Virus record (IMG/VR): IMGVR_UViG_3300042881_002516
Location: 1,293-65,292 of that record
Reading direction: 5' to 3' (one strand)
DNA: 64,000 nucleotides
Origin: a virus
Taxonomy: Duplodnaviria; Caudoviricetes
Shown: one piece after another, positions 17,671 to 26,878 of the stretch
Numbering within the stretch: position 1 is the stretch's first letter
How the letters are laid out: each line of letters starts with the position of its first letter
Position numbers and translations under genes: made by a program
The notes under the pieces: model-generated
Told to the model about the DNA's origin: nothing
The model's database searches: none
The model's input: only the letters and a program-made list of their open reading frames with translations

Positions 17671-19976
17671 CAGCGCTTCTTCCCTTTGACTTCCCCGCCA
17701 TCGGCAAACCGACGCGCGACTAACGGGCCAGCACGATCGAGCGTCGAACGGGTGAGGTTCTTGCGAGTGAGATTGCTCACGTCTTCCTTCTGGCCCTTCA
17801 CCTGCTCCATCAACGCGGCGAGTTGTTCACTCGCTGACCCTTGGTCCGTGGACCCTGATCCTTTGCCAGCGGCTAACGACTCAAGGCTCATGCTCATCGC
17901 CTTACCGCGATCGGTCGCAGCAGACTTCGTAGTGGTGCGCTTCACGCTACGAGCGTTCGGCGACATGCGCACTTCGGTCTTCTCTTGCGCCGGCATGCTC
18001 GCGAGCAACCGCTCAAGCTCCGCCTTGGCAGAGTCGTCCTTGTCCGCTTCGCCACCTTCGGCAAAGCGCATCAGGCCACCGCCCGGTGCGAGAATCCGAT
18101 TGCCCAAACGATCCGTGTAATAACCCAACCCCTGCACGCCGCCCAAAATAGTGGGCGAGAGGTTCGGGTTGTTGGCCAGCATCTGACCAACCATCGGACC
18201 CTTGTACGACTGCATCGGATTGATGTTCGAGGGCAACGTGCCAGGGAGCATGGCTCCAGGGACACTGCCAAAGAACTGCGGCTGCCCAGGCGTGTAGGTG
18301 ATATCCGGCGCATTGGGAATTGTCACCGGCTTCGGCGGAGTACCTGTCGTCGGGGTGCCAGCGGTTACACCGGTCGTCGGAACGATCGGCGTGGTTCCCG
18401 TCCCAGTGCCACCGGTGTACCCGCCAAGGTCCACGCGGCCACGATTACCACCGAAGAGGTTCTCGTACGCCTTCATCAAATCCGACGGGACCGGAGTGAT
18501 CTTGCCCGGCGGAGGAGGAGGAGGCGGGGGTGGAGTAACCGGAGGAGGTGGAGTAACTGGCGGCGGCGGAGTAACCGGCGTCGTCGGCTTCGGCTCGCAC
18601 TTACCCGTGGCCGCATTGAAGGCCTGGCCTTCCGGGCAGCCCGTCGGCGTCGTGGTGATCGGCTCGCACTTGCCGGTGACAGTGCTGCGCACCGAGCCTT
18701 CCGGGCAGCCACCCAGGTCGATCGGACGGCACTTACCCGTAGCCGGATCTTGCTCGTAGCCAGGGCCGCACTTCACCTCCGGGGGAGGCGGTGGGGGCGG
18801 CGCTCCAATCGGCACGCACTTGTTGAGTACCGTGCTGAACACCTGCCCCTCCGGACACTGGTTCGGGGGCGGAGGAGGAGGCGGTGGGGGTGGCGGAGGT
18901 GGGGGCGGTGGCGGAGGCACACACAGCCCGGACACCGGATCCTTGACCAAGCCCGGAGGACAATCCGTAGGCGGAGGTGGGGGCGGTGGCGGAGGAGGTG
19001 GTGGTGGGGGCGGAGGCGGCGGGATCGGCGGACACGCCTGATCTTCCGGAATGACCGATCCGTCCCAACAGGTCTTGGTCTTAACAGGCTGCGCCGGGCA
19101 CTCTTGATCCTCCGGAATGACCGAACCATCCCAACAGGTCTTGGTCTTTTTCTCCGGAGGCGGCTCTTCCTTGTCGTCTTCCTTGCCGACTCGCACGCAA
19201 CGACCGAGCTCGTAGTCGAACTCCATGTTCGGAGGACATTGACGCTCGGTCTCACCGGTCGGTACGCACCGGCCTTGATCGAAGTTGTATTCGCTGCCCG
19301 GAGGACAGGTCGGCTTCGCCGGCGTGGTCGTCTCAGGGTTTACGCAAATGCCACGGATCGGGTCGAACACCTCTCCGGCAGGACAGGTCTGATCGGCAAT
19401 GGTGCCGACGTTCGGGATGCTCGTGAAGTCAAAGTTCTGATCGAAGAACGCCGGGTTCACCTTGCCATCCGGCAAGCGCATGTCGAAGAACGGATTGTTC
19501 GGATCGCCAGTGAAGTTGATCGCCGGCTTGTCCTGGTATCCCGCATCACGGAACTGCGCTGCGATGGCGTCGAGATCCGCTTGCGTTACGCCTTCAGGCA
19601 GCGTGAATGCAGGGGCTTGGCTAATCGGAGGAGCTTCGTTCAGGCCACGCTGCGGAGGCGGTGTGGTCGGCAAACTCGACATGTCGAAGTTCGGATCGAA
19701 GATCGGTGGACGCGTGGGCGATGGCCCTTGGACCGCGAGCAGTTCTTCCAGCGACGTCGGCATCGACATCTCCGGCCCAACCGGAATGGTCGCCGGAACA
19801 GCCTGCGTCTGCGCGAGCTCGGCCAACAGATCCGCAGCCGAGCGGTCAATAGCCGGTGTGTCCGCTGTCAGTTCGGCAACCGGAGTCTCTTCGGCAGGAG
19901 CAACGGGAGCGTCGAGCTCCTCTAGCATCTTCTTGCTTTTGCTCTTGCCCTGGAATGAACGTGGACTAGCCATCAA
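17670..19976 (-). CDS. proline-rich, Cys-repeat protein
   Basis: Polyproline tracts, about 10 two-Cys repeats, FAEGG and FADGG motifs. Confidence 0.75.
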   Translation of the reverse strand: MMASPRSFQGKSKSKKMLEELDAPVAPAEETPVAELTADTPAIDRSAADLLAELAQTQAVPATIPVGPEMSMPTSLEELLAVQGPSPTRPPIFDPNFDMSSLPTTPPPQRGLNEAPPISQAPAFTLPEGVTQADLDAIAAQFRDAGYQDKPAINFTGDPNNPFFDMRLPDGKVNPAFFDQNFDFTSIPNVGTIADQTCPAGEVFDPIRGICVNPETTTPAKPTCPPGSEYNFDQGRCVPTGETERQCPPNMEFDYELGRCVRVGKEDDKEEPPPEKKTKTCWDGSVIPEDQECPAQPVKTKTCWDGSVIPEDQACPPIPPPPPPPPPPPPPPPPPPTDCPPGLVKDPVSGLCVPPPPPPPPPPPPPPPPPPNQCPEGQVFSTVLNKCVPIGAPPPPPPPEVKCGPGYEQDPATGKCRPIDLGGCPEGSVRSTVTGKCEPITTTPTGCPEGQAFNAATGKCEPKPTTPVTPPPPVTPPPPVTPPPPPPPPPGKITPVPSDLMKAYENLFGGNRGRVDLGGYTGGTGTGTTPIVPTTGVTAGTPTTGTPPKPVTIPNAPDITYTPGQPQFFGSVPGAMLPGTLPSNINPMQSYKGPMVGQMLANNPNLSPTILGGVQGLGYYTDRLGNRILAPGGGLMRFAEGGEADKDDSAKAELERLLASMPAQEKTEVRMSPNARSVKRTTTKSAATDRGKAMSMSLESLAAGKGSGSTDQGSASEQLAALMEQVKGQKEDVSNLTRKNLTRSTLDRAGPLVARRFADGGEVKGKKR

Positions 19977-20013
19977 GGCCCCCTGAAGGGTGTATGCCTT
20001 GACATTCTAGGCT

Positions 20014-21477
20014 TCAATAGTATTCAGGGGCAAGCGCTCGATTTGACGGCTCTCCTACTTCGTCAGTCTGCAAGTTGACGAAATTGCCTTGACGGAAACG
20101 CATGATCGCCTGCGTCGTCGAGTCCACCATGTCGTCGTTATCGCCATTCGGAAACGCCGCGCACTCCTCGACAAGCTCTTCCGCCCAATCCGTATCCGGT
20201 GCCCACACGAGCCCCGCTTCAAACACCGGTGCTACCGAGTTCGCGCGACTGACCTTATCGGTACCAGACCTACGGCCACCCGGTGTGTACATCGTTACCG
20301 GAATGCCAAGCCGACGCAGCTCCTGCTGCAACGTCACACCGGTCGCCTTCGCCTCGATCAGCACGTTGTCGGGGTTCCAATGCTTGTACTCGTCTTTGGC
20401 AATGCGCTTGAGCTCCGGAAAGTCCCACCGCCCACGCTTGACGTCTAACAGGATGATATTGGGCCCTGAGTCTTGGTCCGGGTAAAACACACCCCAGGTC
20501 GTGATCACCGAGAAGTCGGCCGTCTCCTTTTTGCTGTAGGCGGTGTCATAGCTCTGGATGATGTAGTTCACGATCGGCGGTTCGTCGTACTGCCACACGC
20601 GCCACCACTCACGCTTAAGGATCGCACCCTCGTCGTTCGTCGGCTGCTGCTGGTACATGGCGTTCCACTTCTGTACCGACAACGACGCCTTGACCGCCTC
20701 CAACTCCTCCAGTTTCCAAAACTCCGGCCACAAGGGCTTGCCACTTGGCAGGATCGCCGGGAACTCAATGACCTCCCACCGATCCGCGCCGCGACTGGAC
20801 TGTGCCTTCAACAACCGCGCCGTCAGGTCCTTGGTCCCCCAACGGGTCATCACGAGCACAATCGCACCGCCCGGCTGCAAACGAGTACGCGGACCGCCCT
20901 GGTACCAGTCCCACGCGTTCTCCAAAGCCAGATCCGACAGGGCGTCTTGCTCCGAATGCGGATCGTCAATAATCAAAATATCGGCACCACGTCCCGTCAC
21001 CGCACCGCCGACACCGACCGCAAAGTAACTCCCGCCGTGGTTCGTGTCCCACCGGCCAGCCGCCTTGCTGTCCTGCTTCAACTGCACCTCGGGGAACAAC
21101 TCCTTGTACCGGTCCGAGTCCATCAAATCACGCACTTTACGGCCGAATTTGACGGCTAACTCTGCGGTGTGGGTCGCTTCAAGGGCCTGGGTTCGCGGAT
21201 CACGGCCCATGAGATACGCCGGAAGCAGGTACGAAGCGAACTCCGACTTCGTGTGACGAGGCGGCATGTTCACGATCAGGCGCTTCAAGGTCCCGTTGGC
21301 AATGCGATCGAACGCAGAAGCCATGCGCTTGTGGTGTTCACCAAGGATCGCGGACGGCCAGACGTAGCGCACGAAGTCGATGAAGTTAGAACGGGCCTTG
21401 TCTTGCGTCTCAAGGAGCATGAGCCGGTATTCCAGCTTGGCACGCTCGATTTCGATTTCCTGGGGGACCGCGCTCAT
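20014..21477 (-). CDS. terL: terminase large subunit
   Basis: NMPPRHTKS Walker A, IIDDPH Walker B, SYDTA and DDMVDS nuclease motifs; start reassigned to 21477. Confidence 0.95.
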   Translation of the reverse strand: MSAVPQEIEIERAKLEYRLMLLETQDKARSNFIDFVRYVWPSAILGEHHKRMASAFDRIANGTLKRLIVNMPPRHTKSEFASYLLPAYLMGRDPRTQALEATHTAELAVKFGRKVRDLMDSDRYKELFPEVQLKQDSKAAGRWDTNHGGSYFAVGVGGAVTGRGADILIIDDPHSEQDALSDLALENAWDWYQGGPRTRLQPGGAIVLVMTRWGTKDLTARLLKAQSSRGADRWEVIEFPAILPSGKPLWPEFWKLEELEAVKASLSVQKWNAMYQQQPTNDEGAILKREWWRVWQYDEPPIVNYIIQSYDTAYSKKETADFSVITTWGVFYPDQDSGPNIILLDVKRGRWDFPELKRIAKDEYKHWNPDNVLIEAKATGVTLQQELRRLGIPVTMYTPGGRRSGTDKVSRANSVAPVFEAGLVWAPDTDWAEELVEECAAFPNGDNDDMVDSTTQAIMRFRQGNFVNLQTDEVGEPSNRALAPEYY

Positions 21478-21517
21478 AGGGTCAAATTGCTTTTCATATG
21501 CGCAAAATTTTTGCACG

Positions 21518-21533
21518 AGTTGACAAGTTGATC
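21518..21533 (+). repeat. 16-bp inverted repeat, left copy (AGTTGACAAGTTGATC)
   Basis: Exact reverse complement of 27088-27103. Confidence 0.85.
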
Positions 21534-21699
21534 AACCGGGGCCCTTTTTTCTACCGGGGTGGGGGTGGTTCCACGTGGAACTAAAACTATTTTGCAGCAC
21601 ATCCAATGTGTGAAATCGGGCATTTGCCCCTGCCTTTACGAAGCCGGCCATTTTTTTGAGCCGCCACCCTCAAAGAATTCACCACCAGGGCGAGGAGAA

Positions 21700-22120
21700 A
21701 CATACACGACCCGCGCGCCACGGCTCGCGGATCACGAACACCGAGCCACGGATCGAGGCCGATCGATCGCGCATCGAGGCCGACGCGCGCCAGCTGTCGG
21801 AGCACGCGCCACGGATCACGAACACCGACCATCGACGACGACAACAGATCACCGATCCGCGATCCGCGCGCCACGGATCGCGGATCACGCCCCGAGGATC
21901 GAGGATCCCGGATCACATACAAAGCAACACGAACCACGGAGCAGGGCGCGAGACCCTCGCGCCAAGCTTGACCGGAGACCAGCCCAGAAGGGCGAGCTCG
22001 AGACCGACGCTCCCGCTCGAGATCGCACATCACCAGGGCGAGCTCGAGATCACATACCAACTCGCTCCAACGAGACATACCTGGTCAACTCTCAACTCGA
22101 CAACGAGCACCCGATCGCCC
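21700..22120. repeat. non-coding heptamer/GATC repeat tract (putative genome end or packaging region)
   Basis: 13 GATC in 21730-21914 with 7-bp spacing; repeated CGCGCCACGG, GGATCACGAACACCGA and GGGCGAGCTCGAGA. Confidence 0.75.
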
Positions 22121-22151
22121 AAAAGAAAGGGCGCCACATGGGCGCCCTCTC
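22121..22151 (-). terminator. terminator of the amidoligase operon
   Basis: GAGGGCGCC-CATGT-GGCGCCCTT followed by TCTTTT. Confidence 0.7.
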
Positions 22152-22174
22152 CCGCTCGATGAGCTCGTGCTCGA

Positions 22175-23119
22175 TCAGTCAGTCACCCACGGATCGTGCA
22201 GGTACACGCTCGCGCTCGATGGTGGTTCGATGCCTTCGCCCTCGAACCAGTCTGCGATCGTCTCGACGACGAGCTCCGGATCCTTCCATGCGAGCTCGCC
22301 GCTCGCGCCAGTGTTGTCGTCCTCGATGGCATTGATGAGCGCAGCAGCCTTCGACGGAGCATCGAGCACCCACTGGGTGAGTGTTCCCCGGATGTACGAA
22401 TTGCGCGCCGCGCGCGTGATACGAGGCAGTGACTCGCCTGATGGCATCGAGCGCGACCGCGAGCTCGAAACGTACGGCTCCAGATCGTCGTCGTCCCACG
22501 TGTAGCCCGACCAGATGCGGCTCGACGTGTAGCGTGTGCTCACCGAGCGCGCGCCCACTCCGAACTTGTGAGCACTCCACGCATACGTGTTCGACAACCA
22601 TGCACCACGGAACTCGACACCGGCCGCACGATTGATGATCACCGCCGACCCGCTCGCTGTCATCATCCCGAACTTGTTCGAGCTTCCGATCAGGCTACCG
22701 ACGAACGACTGCCACGTGGGATCGAGCACGATTGACTCGTCAGCCTCGACGGCCGGCCGAATCACGTTTCTGATGAAGTGCCACGTGTCCGACTTTGATT
22801 TGTCCCACGCATTACCAGTCGAGAGAATCCCGTTATGTGCGAGCGCAACGCGAGACGTGACGCCGTACGGATGGCAATTCTCGAGATCGATATCGCCATG
22901 CGTCTGCATGCGCGCATGCCATACAGACTCGCGCCCCTCGATGTGCTCGCGATAAAAGGCGATGAACTGATCGACCGAGGCCGGCAGAGCCTTGACGACA
23001 ACAAGCTGACCGCCGCTTGAATACATGACGCCAATCCCGTCTCGATTGCCCGAATAGACGTCCGCCAAGAACTCATCCGAGAACGTGGTGCTCGATGGCT
23101 GATGAACTAATAAACACAT
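22175..23119 (-). CDS. class II glutamine amidotransferase (Ntn hydrolase)
   Basis: M-C N-terminus (true start 23119, GGAGG SD); NRDGIG, HARMQTHG, NCHPY, HNG, SDT motifs. Confidence 0.9.
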   Translation of the reverse strand: MCLLVHQPSSTTFSDEFLADVYSGNRDGIGVMYSSGGQLVVVKALPASVDQFIAFYREHIEGRESVWHARMQTHGDIDLENCHPYGVTSRVALAHNGILSTGNAWDKSKSDTWHFIRNVIRPAVEADESIVLDPTWQSFVGSLIGSSNKFGMMTASGSAVIINRAAGVEFRGAWLSNTYAWSAHKFGVGARSVSTRYTSSRIWSGYTWDDDDLEPYVSSSRSRSMPSGESLPRITRAARNSYIRGTLTQWVLDAPSKAAALINAIEDDNTGASGELAWKDPELVVETIADWFEGEGIEPPSSASVYLHDPWVTD

Positions 23120-23140
23120 GATAAAAACCTCCAAGACCTG

Positions 23141-24562
23141 TTAGGCCGCCTCTGAATGTTGAAAGAGACCCGCCGTACGATCCGCGACATAGGCGCGCAT
23201 GACGCGCGTCTCCGTTTCGAGATGGTTCGCACAGTAGGCCAAGAACGCATGAGCATTGAGCGCGCTCGATCCAGTCTCCGCACGCGCGCAGTATTCAAGA
23301 ATCGCGTGCGAGAACTCGATGGCCGAGATCACAGCCTCGTATTTCAACGAACCGCGAAAGATACGAAACTCGATCGTCTCGCGTCCGGTTAGGTTGATCG
23401 CCTCGTACCGATCGGCCGAGAGATGAGCAGTCTCAACATCCTTTTCCACGACCTTGCAGAACGACGTGGAATACCGCCGGGCGATCGCAGTGATGAAAGC
23501 ATCATTCCCCGGATCGTTCACGAACGTGACCGCGCGCGCGATCGTGAGATTCGAGAGCCCGGATCGACTCACGTGGACATGGAGGCCGCACGTCGTCGTT
23601 CGATGGCTGCGGAGGCCTCGAACCAGAGCAGGATCGCGCAGGAACGTGAACAGCTCACGATGAGCCGGCAAGCTCTGCGGATGGGTGATCATCTCGAACC
23701 CGCTCGACAGACTGCCGTCACGCTCGAAAAAAACATGGCGACCGAACATGCCGCCATTCACTGACTGATGGATGGCGCGCGCCGCCTCTTCTGGATCGCG
23801 ACTGTAACCCTCGACTTCGAGCTCGACGCCCATGTATCGATTGAACTGCCGACACCAGTCATCCGCTCGAAACTCGAACGCACCCTTGGAAGAGTGGTAG
23901 CCCTGAATAACTCGACGCTCTCGGATGTAATCGACGTGCATGTATATCTCGCGATCATCGTCATATTCAAAATCGTCCGCATCCTGATGAATCAGACACC
24001 GATCCCCGTCCTGATCGATAGCGGGTCGGCTGCTGTCACAGTGCACCCATGCGTCGTGATACTCCGACCACGTGTAGCTGTTGTCCTGGCATGACTCACA
24101 GACGAGCTCGCCGCCGTACGCATCAGCGAGATCGCCCACCGGGAACGACTCGCCGCAGCACTCGCACCCAGAGAAGGAGCCCCACTCGGACAGGCGATCG
24201 ACCGCATAACTGCGATCGTCCTCGACGAACTCCCAACGATAGAACAGGCGCGAGGCCTCGTGACTACTGACCACGTAATCGAGCGACGCCAGATGCCACT
24301 CGAGAGAGGGCGAATAGATGCCCTCCTCTTCAGTAAGCCCAACCACCCGAGTAAGGAACGACCACGGGGTCGAACTGCTAGAACGATGCGCTGCCTCACA
24401 CAACCCGGCGAACCACTGCATGCGCTGCCGGAATTGACGGTAACCGCCGAGAGTATTCAGCGGCTTGACGAGCCGATCAGCGATCCGCTGTGCGACTACC
24501 TCCCGGCGATCTGAATCGGCAAAAACGGCTTGAAAATAGGGCGTTTCGAAAATGTTCGACAT
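23141..24562 (-). CDS. putative amidoligase (COOH-NH2 ligase) with N-terminal Cys cluster
   Basis: GVELEV, ERDGSL..GFEM, CGLHVHVS, RYEAIN, TIEFRIFRGS; CECC...CESC. Confidence 0.88.
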   Translation of the reverse strand: MSNIFETPYFQAVFADSDRREVVAQRIADRLVKPLNTLGGYRQFRQRMQWFAGLCEAAHRSSSSTPWSFLTRVVGLTEEEGIYSPSLEWHLASLDYVVSSHEASRLFYRWEFVEDDRSYAVDRLSEWGSFSGCECCGESFPVGDLADAYGGELVCESCQDNSYTWSEYHDAWVHCDSSRPAIDQDGDRCLIHQDADDFEYDDDREIYMHVDYIRERRVIQGYHSSKGAFEFRADDWCRQFNRYMGVELEVEGYSRDPEEAARAIHQSVNGGMFGRHVFFERDGSLSSGFEMITHPQSLPAHRELFTFLRDPALVRGLRSHRTTTCGLHVHVSRSGLSNLTIARAVTFVNDPGNDAFITAIARRYSTSFCKVVEKDVETAHLSADRYEAINLTGRETIEFRIFRGSLKYEAVISAIEFSHAILEYCARAETGSSALNAHAFLAYCANHLETETRVMRAYVADRTAGLFQHSEAA

Positions 24563-24609
24563 TTTGAACCTCTTTCTAACTTTCTATGGGGCAAATCGCC
24601 CCGCCGCCG

Positions 24610-24637
24610 ATCATAGCAAAAAGAAAGGGCGAGACAA
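24610..24637 (-). promoter_or_regulatory. sigma70-like promoter
   Basis: TTGTCT-N16-TATGAT with extended -10 TGn; overlaps the upstream terminator. Confidence 0.55.
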
Positions 24638-24650
24638 CAGCCCCGCCCCC
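24618..24650 (-). terminator. terminator after the DUF932-like gene
   Basis: GGGCGGGGC-TGTT-GTCTCGCCC followed by TTTCTTTTT. Confidence 0.6.
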
Positions 24651-24678
24651 TCTTTTCTTCGAACGCCTCGATGCTCGA

Positions 24679-25782
24679 TCAGACTACATCGAGCAGCGCT
24701 CCCGCCGTCTCTTCAAACTGGACACGCTCGGCCGTCCACGGAATCGAGCGCGCATAGGCTGTCGCACCAGTCACCGCATCGAACACCGATTCGATTGGCC
24801 GTCCCTCCTCTTCAAGATGTACCGCCGCGATACGCTCGCCGATACGAGCCCCGAACCGACCCGCCAAAAACTGCTCGACCTTATCCAGCTTCGACGACTG
24901 TGCAGATCGCAGCACTGTTGTGATGTTCGACGAGCTCGCGCGCGAGTATTCAAGCAGTGCAGGAGCCGCCTCCTCGATGAACCGATCCGGAGCACTGGCA
25001 GTGTGACGGATCGAGATGCTCTCCAACTCATGCGCGCCCCAGACAATCCGATTTTTGCAAACGTAATCGAATAGGAATGTTTTGATTTTCAGAGCACCCG
25101 CGCCGACTTCCGAATTTGTGACAAAGAACCCACGCGCGAGCGCGCCCGTTTTGCCGTCACGCCTGTTAGGTAACTCGATCCGATTCTGCTCATCGGCAAG
25201 GAACACGAACATGTCACGATCACTCGCAAACAATGTCGTGTTGTCTCGCGTGACTTCTGCAAGGCCTTTTCCAAACTCTCCCGGCACTCGAAAGTCACCA
25301 GTCACACCATCACCAAATCGATCCTCGAGGGCGCGCACTACATCCGAGTTCCAGATGCGACCATATCGCGCACCAGTGGCCGCGCGGACTTCGAGGGCTT
25401 TCTGGTTTTCGCCCGTGTACAACATCCCAACATCGGCCGCATCTCGCTCAACCTTCAAACCATAATTGAGGCAATCGGCAACAAGCGGAGCCGGTAACGT
25501 CCGCAGATAACTAGCCGGTGCTCCCGACAGGCTCGCCAACTGGCCGAACGCCCAATTTGACGGAGCTGCCGTCCTGCCGTTGGAGTCTTGGATCAAAATG
25601 CCGCGAGAGTATCCGCGCTCGTCATTGACTGGAACGGCCGTGAGACTGCGAGAGCTTACGACCGAGGCATGCGACAACTCGCGCACCTGTTCGAGCATGG
25701 CGCGCATGGCCGGTAATGACGTGAACCGCTCTTCTGGTGGACGTGTTGCCCACTGCCGCGAGGCATCCATTAACGTCGTCAT
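24679..25782 (-). CDS. DUF932-like protein
   Basis: FGQLASL.G.PA.YL...GFFVTNSEVG.G.L...YVCKN..VWG...IRHT; start reassigned to 25782. Confidence 0.7.
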   Translation of the reverse strand: MTTLMDASRQWATRPPEERFTSLPAMRAMLEQVRELSHASVVSSRSLTAVPVNDERGYSRGILIQDSNGRTAAPSNWAFGQLASLSGAPASYLRTLPAPLVADCLNYGLKVERDAADVGMLYTGENQKALEVRAATGARYGRIWNSDVVRALEDRFGDGVTGDFRVPGEFGKGLAEVTRDNTTLFASDRDMFVFLADEQNRIELPNRRDGKTGALARGFFVTNSEVGAGALKIKTFLFDYVCKNRIVWGAHELESISIRHTASAPDRFIEEAAPALLEYSRASSSNITTVLRSAQSSKLDKVEQFLAGRFGARIGERIAAVHLEEEGRPIESVFDAVTGATAYARSIPWTAERVQFEETAGALLDVV

Positions 25783-25783
25783 A

Positions 25784-25975
25784 TTAGTTTGCCTCCTGCT
25801 TCGATCGCATCCACGCTTCGAGAACGACGCGCGCCTCATGCTTCGAGAGCATGAAAGCATCCGCGAGTATCGGCGCCGCGCCGAACATGTTGACGCTGCC
25901 GCCTTCCCTCAAAGAATCCAAAAACCGGAACGCTGCGGGAGCGATCGCCGGCCTGTTACTTACTAACTCGGACAT
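25784..25975 (-). CDS. small conserved phage protein
   Basis: FLDSLRE.G.VNMFGAAP.L motif; AGGAG SD. Confidence 0.7.
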   Translation of the reverse strand: MSELVSNRPAIAPAAFRFLDSLREGGSVNMFGAAPILADAFMLSKHEARVVLEAWMRSKQEAN

Positions 25976-26020
25976 TTTGACTTTCTCCTGTATATGCCAC
26001 CAATGGGTGGTGGACTTTCT

Positions 26021-26048
26021 AAAATACGCTCATCCTTCGGCCTGTCAA
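26021..26048 (-). promoter_or_regulatory. sigma70-like early promoter
   Basis: TTGACA-N16-TATTTT. Confidence 0.65.
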
Positions 26049-26155
26049 CTACCCGCCCAAAATCTTATGGATGAGCCAGTAGCCGAACAGCTTAAAAACG
26101 GTTTTGAAAAACTGCTTTTCTGCATCCCTCGGTTTTGGTGGAAGTGTGCCAGGCT

Positions 26156-26365
26156 TCAGAGTGGACTCGCGTCCCTCCCACCTTGGCATGGTTCCTCCTC
26201 ATACTGTTCAACCAATCGACGCGCGCGGCTAACCGCCACACGACGAATGCGAATGATATCGGCCAGTGGCCGCTCGTTGCTGTCGCTGTAGTCAGGCATC
26301 GCGAGTAACTCCTTGATGGCACCGAGTAGATCGGCCGTCCGCTTGTCATGCTTTAGCAGTGTCAT
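26156..26365 (-). CDS. hypothetical early protein
   Basis: ATGA-coupled to the upstream ORF. Confidence 0.55.
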   Translation of the reverse strand: MTLLKHDKRTADLLGAIKELLAMPDYSDSNERPLADIIRIRRVAVSRARRLVEQYEEEPCQGGRDASPL

Positions 26366-26508
26366 GGCTTCTCTTCCTCCGACTCCTCAAACGCTGCGAT
26401 CACCTCATGCACCATGAGCAAAGAGATTCCTAGCGACTCGGCGATCTCCTGCTCTTTCATGCCGTCCTCATAGTACATGTCGATAATTTGTAAATCCGTC
26501 CAGTTCAT
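26362..26508 (-). CDS. small HTH-like protein (48 aa, not in track)
   Basis: MNWTDLQIIDMYYEDGMKEQEIAESLGIS...; GGAGG SD; ATGA overlaps. Confidence 0.55.
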   Translation of the reverse strand: MNWTDLQIIDMYYEDGMKEQEIAESLGISLLMVHEVIAAFEESEEEKP

Positions 26509-26690
26509 GCGGCCTCCCCTGTGGCCTTGGCGATGACGGCGCGTAGGGTGTCAACGGCGGCAATTACGTCAGCGTCGCATTCATCCATCGGGTTTCCGTG
26601 ATAGTCATATTCAAGCCGTGCGTTTTCTAGCGCGTGCAGCGCCATTTGCAGGGCGGCGAGCAAATCAGGGGTTGAAGCGTGGCGGCTCAT
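26505..26690 (-). CDS. hypothetical early protein
   Basis: PDLLAAL...A.IAKATG common phage motif. Confidence 0.6.
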   Translation of the reverse strand: MSRHASTPDLLAALQMALHALENARLEYDYHGNPMDECDADVIAAVDTLRAVIAKATGEAA

Positions 26691-26878
26691 GACTGCACCT
26701 CTTCGATGTCGTTGATGAAGTCCTCCATGTGAACAAGGCCGAACTCCGTGAAAGCCTCTTCATTTTCGTTCCACGTGGCCAGAGCAATATCACTGGCCTG
26801 CTCTTTCGAATCGGCCTCGATCTCTAACTGGTACACGGTGTGCTCTATTCGAACGAGCGAAATCCTAAACTTTTTCAT
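26687..26878 (-). CDS. small acidic protein (DpnD/PcfM-like)
   Basis: MKKFRISL...EIEADSKEQA; GGAGG SD; start reassigned. Confidence 0.55.
   Translation of the reverse strand: MKKFRISLVRIEHTVYQLEIEADSKEQASDIALATWNENEEAFTEFGLVHMEDFINDIEEVQS

Noticed and set aside
17985-19925. 646-aa plus-strand ORF and other long antisense ORFs (e.g. 15610-16812, 10359-11411, 54772-55917)
   Set aside because: Shadows of GC-rich, codon-biased minus-strand genes; no SD or motifs
21700-22120. CRISPR array or mini-array
   Set aside because: Repeats are short, degenerate and contiguous with no regular unique spacers; no cas operon
21559-22335. ORFs across the repeat tract
   Set aside because: R/D/H-rich translations of the DNA repeats in several frames; no credible starts
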